DNA of 64,000 nt, taken from positions 1,612,001-1,676,000 of the forward strand of contig ML978129.1 in NCBI GenBank assembly GCA_010015805.1, in the 5' to 3' direction. Positions 1-13,110 of the stretch are shown in pieces. Position numbers and translations under genes: made by a program. This DNA is from Rhizodiscina lignyota. Taxonomy: Eukaryota. The stretch's first letter is position 1. Every line of letters starts with the position of its first letter. The notes under the pieces are model-generated. The model ran no database searches and was not told the DNA's origin. It saw nothing but the letters and a program-made list of their open reading frames with translations.

Positions 1-1647
1 AGGAATATCCTCTTTGGTATCTGCCATTCCACAACCGGGGCCTTTTTTAATTCCTTCCCAAGCTCTGCCTCGATCAACTGTACTTGATTAGAGTCTCTGA
101 AACTGCACAATGAGGAGTTGGCTTACACTGTTGTACGAATGGTCTAAGAAATCCTCCAGATTGTAGGACTGCTTCGTAAATTGCTCTGATATGATCTTTG
201 CTAATGTTGCAACATTTGGGTGATAGTGAGATTGCAAGGTTACAATCTCCCAAAGACTGCTTTCAATAGCGTTGGTCATCATAGGGTCTGGTTCGTTCAT
301 GTCGAATGGATCGTCCATCCCTTCCGCTTCGAGGCTCTCTTTGTCATCAGGATCGTGCGTCTCTCTATGTACCATATATGTGCATTGGGGGTGTTTCTTG
401 AACATGTTGTAAATCCATGGGACCACCATAACGATGCCAGCAGGCGGCGCTTGAAGTGACAGACGTGAGAGCCTTTTGATGAAGCTTGCAACCAACTGCG
501 CGGGCAAGTGAGAGGATTCCATAAAGGTATCGAGAAGTCGGAAGAATCGCGACCTATGTTTCGAATGCAGTATTCCGCCGTCCAACAGCGAGTAAAGTTT
601 GGCGTAAAAAGCGGGATAGTCGAGATTTCGCTCTTGAATCATGGTGAAGAGACCTGACAGCGCGAGCAGTGAAGTTGCACCACCTTCGTCGAATGAGCTT
701 GTGAGAAAGTCCATGAGCAAGTCGACTTTTATGAACCACGGAACCACTCTCTGTGTCATGGACAAGAGGATTTCCTTTCGTTGTTCCTTTGTCAGATCCG
801 CCTGAAGAACAGCAAGCCATGCTTTTTGCGCCTCATTTTTATGGGCGATCAATGAGTAAACACCGTGCTTCGGGTTCTCTGGTGCCTGTCCGTGGAATTT
901 GGATAATACAGCACCACTTTCAGTAGGTGGCTCGAGTGCTAGAAGGAGAGCCAATGGATTTGATAGCGCGTGCTCCGTGGCGTCTTCTGCAATGGCAAGA
1001 TTGTTAATGACGGTTGTTATGGCACCAAATGTCCAGTAGCGGATGTCGTCGTACTCTACAAGGTATGACCGAGTAAAGCAATCCAGTGCAGGATTAGGGG
1101 ATGTTGAACTCTCAAGCATCTGTCGCATTGCATTGGCGAAAGTTCCCAATTTCCACACTTGATCTCCCTGATTGCTAAGATGAGCCGATTCTTCCTTTGT
1201 AAGTCGCATAAGAAGCTCGACAGCAATTTCGTGTCTCTGGGGCTCCCGGTGTGAAAGGAGATTCAGAAGTGTCTCGGTGTATTCCGCGTATTGGCTTCTG
1301 AGCCATTTGATAATAACGAGCTCAGACTCCGCAGTCGTTCGACTCTTTGTCATACTTCCACCCGCCATCAACAGGCTAAACACGCGACATAGCGCCACAG
1401 AAGCTGAGATTGAGGTATCGGAATCGCCGTCGACTTTGGCAATCGAAACTAGCTCGGCAATGTTGTTATAGTTCCGACGTGATTCAAGTATTCCAGCTTC
1501 GAGCCGCTTGATTTCATTTTCGACATCTTTTCTCTTGGTGGACCTCTTAGATGACGACGCCTCGATGTCGTCCTCCGCTGTGACGCGTTTCGGATCGGTT
1601 CGTTTTCTCTTCTTCCCTCCGGTTCCTTGGACCTCGAGGAAGGGCAT
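1..1647 (-). CDS. NOC4: Nucleolar complex protein 4 (CBF/Noc4 domain, 40S biogenesis); 3' end runs off the window
   Basis: ORF 88..1713 with ATG at 1647. It contains LSGLF..LDYPAFYAKLY, HLPAQLVASFIKRLSRL and SSLWEIVTLQSHYHPNV. An intron at 78..126 restores LIEAELGKELKKAPVVEWQIPKRIF. Confidence 0.9.
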
Positions 1648-1921
1648 AGTGGCCCAAGTTTTTCTAGTGGCGCTTAAAGTTTGTGACACCGTATGGCATA
1701 CACAAAGTGGCAATCTCCGATCTGTAAAGGAAGGTAATAGACGATTTTCGACGGGTTATGCATTGTATGGCATGCGATATCAGAAAGTTTCGACAGATGT
1801 TCAAATTTTCTGAATCGGGGCTAGCGCATTTTCCCGCCAAGCCCGCAGGTCTTCGATCCCGACAGCAGCACAAACTCGGAGCAACAGCACAGCTCTGATC
1901 TCCCCTCCACTATCATCAGCC

Positions 1922-2841
1922 ATGGCTTCACGTCTCGCAAGGAGTGCAGTCGGTATGTAACCCTCTGCTGCTGTCGCAATCGCCGCCATTGAGCATCTCA
2001 CTAACCAGGCACAGGAGCTGCGCGCCTCCGCCCGACTCTCTCCGTCCGAGCACTTCCTGCAATCACCACACAGCTTCAATCCGCTCGTTTCAATTCGAAC
2101 GTACCTGCGGAGGAGCCAAAGAAGAAAGCTCAATCCATCATTGATTCGCTTCCGGGCAACAGCGCAGCGTCGAAAATTGCCATTCTCTCCGCCGGCACTG
2201 GTCTCTCCATCGCAGCGATCAGCAACGAGATTTACGTGGTCAATGAGGAATCGATCGTAGCGTTTTGCTTGTTGACCGTGTTCTGGGCGGTAACGACCTA
2301 TGGTGGGCCGATGTATGCGCAATGGGCAAACGGTCAGACCAACAAGATCAAGGACATCTTGAATGCTGCTAGGCAAAATCATACAGAGGCAGTCAAGGCG
2401 AGAATTGACAATGTCAAGGACTTAGGCAATGTCATCGATGTCACTAAGACTCTCTTCGAGGTCTCTAAGGTGGGTTTCACTTCATGGTTTAAGACATGCA
2501 AAGACGACTTGAGGTGGCTAACATCAAGTAGGAGACTGCCAAACTCGAAGCCCAGGCGTACGAGATGGAGCAAAAGACAGCATTGGCAGCGGAGGTGAAG
2601 TCTGTCCTCGATTCGTGGGTGCGTTATGAGGGCCAGGTCAAGCAGAGGCAGCAGAGGGAATTGGCGGAGTCAGTTATTGCCAAGATCGAGAAGGAGCTTG
2701 AGAATCCCAAGGTGCTCAAGCAAATTCTTGACCAGAGCGTGGCTGATATTGAGAGTAAGTCTAACCAAATGAGTTTTGTGAAATGAAAAACTAACAAGCA
2801 CTATAGAGATCGTGCAGCAGAAACCTAGTGCCGCAGCATAA
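1922..2841 (+). CDS. ATP4: Mitochondrial F1Fo ATP synthase subunit 4 (b), three introns
   Basis: MASRLARSAV presequence, SIIDSLPGNS, NEIYVVNEE, VLDSWVRYEGQVKQRQQRELAESVI. Canonical introns join the ORF pieces; stop TAA at 2839-2841. Confidence 0.95.
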
Positions 2842-3296
2842 AAGACCCTTGGTCAATATACTCCTCTACCCGGTCTCCCAAACCCTCACATTCGCCTGTT
2901 AAATAGCTACTTCTTTCCGCAAAATATCGCCTCATTAAATGAGGGCTGTGTTATATAGCAGTAGAGGAAAAAAGACCCTTGTTTTGGTCCACTCTATACT
3001 TCTCTACCTCATGAAAAGCCTCTGCAGTGCATTTCCGATTCCTTATCATGCCATCCATGATCCCGGAGCCCATGGTGTTGGATCATTTCATAAGCGCGTA
3101 TTGACAGCTCAGCAGTTAACGAATAGAGGAAGGTATGTGGTCATGAGATCTTTCTTGCCAGTAGCAGATGGTTGAAGGGTTCAATATATCTACAGGGTAT
3201 TGTATCAAATATGCAGAAAAGTCTTTTTTTACATGCCCCTAGGAATCGTCTCGTAGCATATTCTGTACAATGTACATCTTAAAAATGTTCTCCCGT

Positions 3297-4214
3297 TCAT
3301 ACACTAACGTTCGGCGTTTTCTCTACCACGATTTCACTAGCCGAAGGTCCGTCAACGATACTCTCCATCTCTTCCAGCTCTTCCAAGGACTTCAGTCTGA
3401 TCTCGCTAATCCTCAAACAAGTGTATCGGTGCTTGCTTTTGATGTGCCTCATATGTCGGTTCCTTTGCTTCTTCTTCTCAATAATCCTTAATGGCTCCGT
3501 TTCTACGCTCATGATGATGGCTCGACAAACGAACAGTCGGTCATCTAGATATGCAAGCTTCTTTTTCCTCTTTTCCTCTAACCTCACCGCCTGCTTCTCG
3601 TTCATCATTGGGTTAGTAGGGGCATTGTTGATCGGCGAACCGGCATGTGTCGATGGTGTGTAGCGGACGGAGCCGGCTTTGAGCGTGAAATCTCTTGACC
3701 CAATGATGCTGGCGCAGTCGAGTCGAAGAACGTCGCCTGGGTTGACGTCAGGCATTAGAAATGGTAAGCGTATTGTGTCCCCTTGGGTAATCAGGTATGA
3801 TTTCCCGTGGATATGTATGGTCATGTAGTGAGGTTGTTGCGCTTTCAGGAGTGGTAACATTATGCGCAGATTCTCTGATAGTGCAAGAGGCGTGGCATGC
3901 GCTGTGGGTGCAGAAGGAGCTTTTCGTCTTGCTGGTTCGGATGATGAAGGTAGCGGAGATGAGGGAGGTGCGGTGGTCTGGTGGGGTAATTGTGGCATCG
4001 AAGTAGCCGGTTGAGGTTTTTGAGGGTTCGTAGCCTTATTGGATGTGACATGCTGTGCAGAGGATATCAAGGGCTCCGGAACATTGTCTGGTTCGACATG
4101 GTGAGAGATGGTGGTGAGGTATGCGCGTGTCCGTAAAGGGAGAAGAAATGGAGGAGGGAAATGAGCTGGCCATTGCGACTCCAAAAGGAGTCTCCTCGAT
4201 GCTCTTGAAAGCAT
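3297..4214 (-). CDS. Mitochondrial ribosomal protein bL21m (Ribosomal_L21p family, yeast MRPL49-like)
   Basis: HIHGKSYLITQGDTIRLP, GSRDFTLK and KKKQRNRHMRHIKSKHRYTCLRISEI motifs; N-terminus resembles a mitochondrial presequence. Confidence 0.85.
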   Translation of the reverse strand: MLSRASRRLLLESQWPAHFPPPFLLPLRTRAYLTTISHHVEPDNVPEPLISSAQHVTSNKATNPQKPQPATSMPQLPHQTTAPPSSPLPSSSEPARRKAPSAPTAHATPLALSENLRIMLPLLKAQQPHYMTIHIHGKSYLITQGDTIRLPFLMPDVNPGDVLRLDCASIIGSRDFTLKAGSVRYTPSTHAGSPINNAPTNPMMNEKQAVRLEEKRKKKLAYLDDRLFVCRAIIMSVETEPLRIIEKKKQRNRHMRHIKSKHRYTCLRISEIRLKSLEELEEMESIVDGPSASEIVVEKTPNVSV

Positions 4215-4414
4215 TTCTGAAAGTCAGCAGTCTTTGAACGAACTGTGAATACAATTGAAGGACCGATTGTTGCGCCCTAGTAAAGGGAGCTGTCCAGGAT
4301 CGAAAAGTCGCGGTCGAATTCGGCAAATTCCGCTGCCAAGATTTTGACCTAGAAAATCGCCATCGTCCAAAGTCAACATCTACCGAGTGACAGAATTCCT
4401 ACAACGACACCAAA

Positions 4415-5425
4415 ATGCCTCAGAATGAGTATATTGAACGTTGGCAGAAGCTACACGGCAAAAGGCAGGCTCTCATATGCCACAGATCTCGAATACAGCG
4501 TGACAGCTAATCCTCATGTAGATTCGATTACGAAGAGAGAAAACGGAAAAGAATTGCACGAGAAGGCCACAATGCCTCCGAGAAGGCGCAAAATCTTCGC
4601 GGCCTACGGGCTAAGCTGTACCAACAGCAGCGGCACAAGGAGAAGATACAGATGAAGAAGCAGATCAAAGCCCACGAAGAGCGAAACGTCAAGTCCTCTG
4701 CACCTACCGAAGACTCGTCCACACCCCTCCCGCAATATCTGCTTGATCGTAGCAACCAGACAAACGCTAAGGCTCTTTCAAGTGCGATAAAGAACAAGAG
4801 AAATGAGAAGGCTGCGAAGTTCTCGGTACCTTTACCTCGGGTCCGAGGTATAGCGGAAGAAGAAATGTTCAAGGTGGTCAAGACTGGCAAGAAGACTGCG
4901 AAGAAGTCGTGGAAACGCATGATTACAAAGCCTACGTTCGTTGGACCAGACTTCACGCGGCGGCCTGTCAAGTACGAGCGCTTCATCCGGCCAATGGGTT
5001 TGCGATATAAGAAGGCCAATGTGACGCATCCTGAGCTGGGTGTGACAGTGCAGCTTCCGATTCTCAGCGTCAAGAAGAACCCACAGAATCCAATGTACAC
5101 GCAATTGGGAGTCCTCACTAAGGGTACGATTCTGGAAGTCAATGTCAGCGAATTGGGGTTGGTAACAGCAGGTGGAAAAATCGTATGGGGACGATGGGCT
5201 CAGTAAGTCCTTCTTGTTATACAAATATGGTTTGGCATCGACTACAAAGCGGCGTAAAGGCCAAAACTGCATGGCTTTCTTCCTCGAATCTATACTGATT
5301 GTTGCAACCCAACAGAGTGACAAATAATCCAGAGAATGATGGCTGCGTAAATTGGTAAGAACTTGGACTTACTGTTTTCTGAGTTGAGCGACCACTGACA
5401 TTTCGGTAGTGTTTTGCTCGTTTAA
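4415..5425 (+). CDS. NSA2: 60S ribosome biogenesis protein Nsa2
   Basis: [17 protein letters not shown] start, [25 protein letters not shown] and C-terminal [12 protein letters not shown]. Introns at 4465..4521 (GC-AG), 5203..5315 and about 5353..5409. Confidence 0.96.
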
Positions 5426-5662
5426 ATATGGGGTATCGTGGCATGAATCGATGACATCCAGCATCATGAGGCGTAAGGTGTTTCAAGAGGGCAAACGGCC
5501 ACTAGCGGTTGTCATGACGATACTCACATTATCATAGATCTCACGCTGTCAAGAGAATTCAGGTCACTTTGGACAAGAGGACACTGCTGATATTGCATGT
5601 TCGTAGGAATAATAATTCCAACAAGCAGATGGATATCATTAACTGGAATTTCAAGAACGAGG

Positions 5663-7735
5663 TCAAACTTTCTCATCGTGTACTTCAACTTCTTCTTCGC
5701 CCCTTTCACCTTTGTGAAGTGTTCCAGCCACAATGCCGTGTTTCTCCTTTCCAATGGTTGGAGCGAACCAAGCACAGACGATGGATACACAGCCAAAGGC
5801 CACGGATGTCAGCAATACATTGCGGAAAGCAATGGACGCTGCTTGACGGTACGCATGCGTCGCGGTAGTCAGGATCTCGGGCGTAAGTCCTGCGACTGTA
5901 GCTGCCTTTGCCTTGCCAGTCAGAACTTGGATCAACTGCGCAACCTCCGTCTTCGGCAAGCCAGCTTTTATGGCTGCTGCTGGCACATACTTGGGGATTT
6001 GCTCCGACAAGGTATTGCGAAGCACACTGCCGTATGCTACCGAACCGATGGCGCTGATGCCAGAACGCGCGGACCCAGCGAGTCCACCACCAGTGCCAAT
6101 CTCTCGTTGGTCTCTGAGAGCCATTGTGGCAAAGGTGCCGCACACCGCTTCTTGAATGCCGACCAGAAGGAAACCGATGACGACTAATACAAGGACCGTC
6201 GTTTGATTGTACTCGTTGGCACAGGCGGCACCTCCGATAAAGGCCGTACCCGCGAATGTGCCTGTGAGTAGGATCAGTCGGGGACTGACTTTGCTCGCCA
6301 AGAAGCCACCGAAGGCTTGGCCGACAATGAGACAACCACCTGTTGTCGCGGACATCCAAGCATATTTGTCTCCTGTAACCGGCCACAGCGCTTGAATCTA
6401 ATATGTGTCAGCATCACTCCGGTATTCTGTGTCTCTCCAACTCACCATTTGCGGCCAGACTAAAGCCATGGCATAGAACTGTGCTGCGCCGACTAAAGCA
6501 AGTTTTAGCGAGTTGTGCACCCCCGATTATAGTTTGACTTACTCCCGAGGCATGTAATCATGCACACCCAGCGCCAGTTCTTGAAGAGATGCATCGGCAT
6601 ATAAGGTGCCTTCAAGTTGCCGTAGATCTCTGGTCATCTCGTCAGTAAGCATCTCCCTCAATTTAAAGAGAGTTCCTTTACCCCAGAAAACGAATGCAAT
6701 GATAGAGAAGAAGCCAACAATGATAGGTGCAATGACAGCAACGCTATCCCAAGGGTATTTGGCACCGCCTTCGCTCAAGCCCATCAACAACACGAAAAAC
6801 CCTCCTGTGAACAATATCAAGCCAAGATAGTCAAACTCCCTGAGCGCTCGCATTTTCGACTTATCCTTCTCGATGTCATGGAACGTGGGAGGATAATAAA
6901 ACAATACGAAAAGAACAGTAGCGAGCGCGTCTAGCGCTGCAAGCAGATAAAAGCATGATCGCCAGCCGGATGCCGTGTGCAGCGTCAAAGTCAATCCAAA
7001 CCCAGCACCGAAGCCGCCGAATGGAATTGCCCATGAAAACATGGTGGCCATAACGATAAAGCGCTTGCCGAGAGGCACAAGTTCGCCCATGATGATCTGA
7101 AATGACTGGACCTTGTTAGAGTAGACGGTGCAAAGGGGTTTCTTTGAACTTACGATTTGGGTTGAGGAGGCTACGCCGAGTATCGTCATGGCGCCAATAA
7201 CCATGTTGACGCTTTTTGCTCGCGAACCGATTATGGCGCCAATCATAGAGAGGAAGTTGCCACCGATAAAAAGATATCTTCGGCCAAAGAGATCTCCCAA
7301 ACGACCGATTAGAACATACGCACAAGCGGAGCACTTCGCAACATTAGTAATGGGATCTTGCGAGCCACATGTGCAGGTCTTTTTCGCACATACCAAGGTG
7401 TACGTGTATCCAATCCAGACAACGTTAGCATCAGGACCCAACTCATTGTTAATTGTGTTGAGCAAGGGTGCGATGATTGCAAAGCTTCCAGTGCCGGCGA
7501 GCACACTCACAGCAACCGCCTAGCTCTCGTCAGAGCCTGTCACGAAATTCGCGCCGTCTGGAGTACTTACAAAATACGTTCCAATGAACAACTTGCTTCT
7601 GAAATAGCCGGGAGGAAGCTCATCATCTTGCGCCAGCCGCGCTGGGGGCTGCTCTTGATATCGATGGCTCTCTTCCTCGAGCTGCTCTGTTTGGTTGACA
7701 GACATCTCGATTATCTCGACCTTCTCTGGTGCCAT
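5663..7735 (-). CDS. MFS efflux transporter, fungal TRI12-like (14-TM) family
   Basis: LPPGYFRSKLFIGT N-terminal signature, GRLGDLFGRR MFS motif A, SGWRSCFY and many hydrophobic segments across several exons. Confidence 0.85.
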
Positions 7736-8545
7736 TTTGAAAGATGAAACGAAAAGCCTTGATATTTTCAATTGGAATAATTGTGGAGATCAAGGGCTTT
7801 GAGTGTGGAATTGATATATGGAGCTGTTACGATCTTCCGGGCATCAGAACACACAAACTGGAGCCTCGTACAATGATTTCCGGGAGTCCAGACCAAGCTG
7901 CTACAGACATCAAGCCACGATTTCGCGTCAGATGTGGGGAATGTTGTGGAGAGTGCCATTGATGAAGAGTTCAAGGCCTACACTACGCGAGTCTTGCTAA
8001 TTCAACAAGAGTATTAACAGCTGGATTACACTGGGATAGGCTAAGGAGCGCTCCCGTCTGAAAAGTGCGCTTCGTGACCTTGCATAAATCGCCGAATTAG
8101 GAAAAGTCAAGGCCAACCCCGCGATCCCCAGCTTTCGACATGCAATGTCATGTAGCGCCATCCGGATCCTTGGGGTCACAGATTTCCACTCTCAATTTCG
8201 CACCGCCCCTTTTCTGAACAGAGTGGCACTGATGGATGTTAAGCAATATCATGATCGTCCGATGTCGACGACGCATCAACCGTTTGGCGGAGAGATGTGT
8301 GGATCCCACAGAGGCTGCCTAAACAATTCCGTATTCCGGTCCTGAGCGAGTGCATGGCAGGATCCAGAGAGTTCGAAAGAATCCCATGCTAGTGATGTTT
8401 TTTTGTTAAAGTTTATTGCGATATTTGTATTCTCACAGACGGTTGAAGAATCCTACTCTCAATATACAGTCTACCAGCTTCACAAACCTCTCGAAAAGTT
8501 TTTCGATCCAAGTGTGCTGCTGTTTATTCACTTATATCCCAAAGA

Positions 8546-10535
8546 ATGCCTCACCAAGACAACAACCTCACCAAAGCCCCCCTGGACAGAGTGGAAGAAA
8601 TAGCCGAGATCGACGAAGTGACACCTTTGCTCGGTTCTACATCGACTGCATCGACGGTCTACCATGTCAGTTTATATTATGCATCACCGCTTGTGGACCA
8701 AACTTAACATTTGATAGAGTGTACAGGATGATGAGGAGCGTCAAAACAGGAAACCAGCCGAGGATGGCAATTCGAAAGAGTTGAAGTCTCTCGTTGCAAT
8801 GATCTCAGTCCTTCTCATCGGTATGATGCGACTCCCGTGGAACTCAGCAATAGAACTAATCCGTCACAGGCGTTTTCATATCGCAAGCCGATACCTCACT
8901 CGTGCTTGCTACATATGGTCAGATATCATCCGAGTTCCACGACCTTGAAAGCGGTTCATGGCTCCTGTCCAGCTATATGCTTGCCATGTGCGTCGCTCAA
9001 CCACTCTATGGGAAGCTTTCAGACATATTTGGTCGCAAACGCTGTTTGCAAGCGGCATACATACTTTTCGCGATTGGTACAGCAGGCTCTGGACTTGGAT
9101 TGACAATGAGTCAAGTCATCGCAGCTCGAGGAGTGCAAGGGACTGGGGGAGCGGGTATGGTGTGCATGGTATCAATCCTTCTCACAGACCTAGTTCCGCT
9201 GCACGAAGTCGCCGCGTATAGGAGTTATGTGAACATCGTCCAGACTGTTGGTCGGAGCTGCGGTGGTGTTGTTGGAGGATTGCTTACACAAACGGTCGGC
9301 TGGCGATGGTAAGACAATCAGATATGTATGTCCGATGCCTGCTGACGAATAACAGGGCCTTTTTATGCCAATTTCCGCCCACGGTCATCGCCATAGCCCT
9401 CGTCGAATGGAAGCTTCACGTGCCTCAGAGGGACACACATGGAAACCACAATACTTGGGCGAAGCTGAAGCGGATCGACTTTGCTGGTGCTTTCTTCATG
9501 AGCCTCGCTATATTGTCGGCGCTTTTAGTCCTCGACATGGGAGGCCAGAAGTACCCGTACAACCATCCAATTATTATCATCTCCATTTGCCTCGCAGTTG
9601 CCGGCAGCATCATCTTCTGTCTCATCGAAAAGTATTGGGCGAAGGAGCCTATCTTTCCACTTCATCTACTGACACACTTTGTTGTGGTTACATCTTACGC
9701 TATCCTCTCACTTCAGAACGTCGCCCAAACTGCGGTATGTATGACCCCATTAGACCTCGAAGTTGACCATTAATATCTAACAACATCCAGCTCATGTTCA
9801 TCATTCCCATCTATTTCCAGGTTACCAAGAACGCGACTCCAGCTGTCGCGGGACTATATCTCATCCCTGCAGTCGTGGGCAATACTATCGGCGGTCTGGT
9901 GACGGGAGCTTGGATCAAAAAGACTGGCAGTTACAAGATGCCAACAATTCTCGCGAGCATTAGCTCTATGGCTGCGTTCACGCTCCTCCTTCTTCTGTGG
10001 CGCGGTGATACGAATCTCTTGCAGTCTTTATTTATCTTCCCAGGTGGCTTTGCAACAGGCGTTGCTCACTCCGCGGTCTTTATCGGACTCACATCCGGTG
10101 TTGCTGAAGACGAAGTTGCCATCGCAGGTTCCGGTTTATATCTGAGCGGCAACGTCGGTGCTGTGTCTGGCGTGAGTGGGGCCAGCGCTGTCTTCCAGGT
10201 TGCACTACAAGAAAGTCTGCGGAAGCGCCTGCAAGGTAGGCAGGATGCTGCTGAGGTATGTGCTCTTCCATCAATCGTGATCTCACAGACTGAGATGATA
10301 TAGGTAATGAAGAAAGCTCTATCCGATATCAACTACGTCCAACGCGCTCGCGGTCAGCTGCGTGAAGCTTTAGTGCCCGCTTACATTTTTGCAACTCATC
10401 AAGTCTTTGGTACGACTTCAGTCCCTCTTATATGACCAATAAAGAGTCTAACACTCAGCAGTTCTTGGCCTTCTGAGCGCCGCGGTCGCATTAGTTATAG
10501 GCATAATAACCCGTGAGAAGAGACTTGTTCGGTAG
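8546..10535 (+). CDS. MFS transporter, DHA2 / Vba-like (probably vacuolar)
   Basis: N-terminal acidic dileucine DEVTPLL, QPLYGKLSDIFGRK, GWRW and WAKEPIFPL motifs; multi-exon. Confidence 0.85.
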
Positions 10536-11026
10536 TTCTGAAGGTAGTTAAAATATCTTACAGCTTGCTGTCCAGATAGATTGATAGTATGAAAGTATAA
10601 CAACTTGAAAACTGTGTACAGTATTCAGGAGTAGCCTCTCAAGGCCTGCAGCTGAAAGTTGAGAAAGTGTTTGGCAATCCACAAGGTCCTCCGCAGTCAC
10701 TAACTCCGCAAGTTCCAAGGCCTGGTGGCTTCAGGCTCCATACGGGGTTTCTTCTGTTGTGTCCGAACACATACTTCGAACACGGTTTCAACGCTTCCCG
10801 CTTCTCTGCTCCTGTTTGGGTTGCAGCGTCGAGACATGGTGTTTGATTGTTTTAAAAATCAGTACGGCCTGATAGCGAAGCTGCGAAGGTACGGCTACTT
10901 AACAGCCTAGTATTCTTCCGAAGCTCTTGAAATTCACTGGGCGTTTAGAGTGAGCGCTTCTCGTGCCTGCGTTAAGCAATACTGTTGACCACTGTCAAGT
11001 TCTTTTGACTCGGAGTGCGCTCTCAA

Positions 11027-12611
11027 CTAGGGTATATCAGGCTCTTCTCCACAATCTACTGACCGGGAACTCGGGACACATTGGAAGAAAGGGAAATCTT
11101 CCATCACTATGGAAGCCATTGTCCAGTTGTCCAGACTGCGGATGTGTACTTCAAATGCGGGGTTCAATCTCAGCTCTGTCTTTGACACAGAACGAAAGAT
11201 CTTCGATGGATCTTGGGGCCAGTGCACCGAGATGTACTTGCACCCAAGTACTCTGAATGTTTCGAATTGGGACCAATCCATTTCTTGCAAAACCGCATCT
11301 CGACCTTGTGGCCTATGTATTGATTCAGTCAATATGGATTGTGCAGCAGATTATCAATAGAACTACGTACCATGTTATGACATCAACCCAGATCGGATGA
11401 GGTATCGAGAGCTGAGTCTCTGTTGGACGCAAGAACTCAGGCATTGCATCATAATTCCGCTTCGTTGGAGAAATCAGCCACTTATCGTTGTTAGTGAATG
11501 ATATTCATAGTCATATATAATACCCGGCAATGCACACACCCTAACCATGAGACACATATTATACATCATCCCAATTTTCAACGGCAAGCTTGGAACATTC
11601 AGAGTTACTCTGCCATGTTGCCCAATAGCTGTCGATATCGGATTGGTGGAATTGTTGCTCTTTGGGTTGAGGAGTGACGCCACGCTTGGGAATGGTTCGG
11701 AGTGAGTTAGCTCAGGGGTGATCCGTTGACGACTACATTGAACAAGCTCTAGAAGAACTTGATCCAGTCGACAAGTCGGTGCAATATGTTGTGGAAGCCG
11801 CTCCCAGGGATGTGTCCTCTCTGGCACATGCAGTGGTGTTGGTGAGATATCTGATGTCTGTCCCCAGTAGGACGCGTCGGAAGCGTCCGACACGAACGGA
11901 TCGGAAAACGATAGAGAGAAAGCATTATCCGCGAAAAATTCAGAAGCTAGCAATTGTAAGTAAGAGTATTGCGGATCGATCAACACCAGTCGATACGTAC
12001 GAAAAGATTGGTCCCAGAATTGCATGCCTGTCTCAAAATCTGCACCCAGCGGCATACCGAACGATAGACCTGTTGACCGATCCCTTATGGCAAAAGAGGT
12101 CATGTCATCAAAGGATGGCGAAGAGTCGTCCAATGATGGGGTACTGATGTCTGCAGTAAGGGGGGAGAGAGGCATTTGAGCGTTGTTAGCCTCCGTCTGA
12201 AAGGGGGATGCTTCGTTCTCTGCATCTTGGAGCGGCTGCTTCTGCGATGTAGGCGTATGAGATGATGTTGCGGGGGAGGAGATCTCATCTCTATCTCGAG
12301 TACGTTTAGGGTTCGGCTGCTGAATCGTAGAGTATGCTGTGCAAATCGCACTTCGGAGAGTTGCTTCGCTGGCTCTCAGACGCTCGAGCTCGTCCTCAAC
12401 CCGCGCGAGACGCGCCTTGAGCTGTGCATTTTCCCCTTCCAGCTCTGCAATCCTGTTCTTCTTCTTGTCTCTGTATCATCGTCAGTCATCTCATGTTCCT
12501 CAGGAGAGGTCACAGATACCTCGATGCTCGCTGATTCGAGCGGTCATACGCGCGTTTGCGATAGAGTTGAGTTGTTGTTAGAGATTCAACGCGTCTGTCC
12601 GTCATCCTCAT
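11027..12611 (-). CDS. bZIP transcription factor with C-terminal DUF3425-type domain
   Basis: Basic region YRKRAYDRSNQRASR|DKKKNR, zipper IAELEGENAQLKARLARVEDEL, and C-terminal SVHWP...LNPAFEVHIRSLDNWT. Confidence 0.8.
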
Positions 12612-13110
12612 CCGTCATCGCTGCATGGCAATCTGCAGTATCTCCCATCGAGACCACCAAACTTGACCATTATCTCCTCCCGGACAAATCCGTGCAGATT
12701 CCACTTGGAACTCAATCCACCCCATCGGCACGTGCAACGCTACCGACTCCGGGGAACATTTTCCAGGAGGCGCTTCTCCGCGAACTGACGCGGGAGCGCT
12801 ACATGACCTCGCAGCACGCTAAGTCAACAGCGTCTACCGACATGGCGATCTTTGTTCACTTCATACACTTCACGATCGTATCGTTGAGCAACCAAACGCT
12901 GGATATGAGTCTCCGCAGTTCTTGTGAGACACCAGGATCTTTGGCGCGCCAGAACCATGGCAGGGAGCTTCTACCATGTTATTGCTTAGACCCTGGGTAG
13001 TCGGTATGCATTTCCAAAGCTCTCATAACTGTAAGTCGCCTCTGGGTCCTGACTTGCTCTGTATTCGTATATTTCTGTACCTTGCCTTGTCTTCGACCAA
13101 GCTGGGAACA

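Noticed and set aside
12612..13110. CYS3/MetR site in the arylsulfatase promoter
   Set aside because: No convincing ATGRYRYCAT match found by eye.
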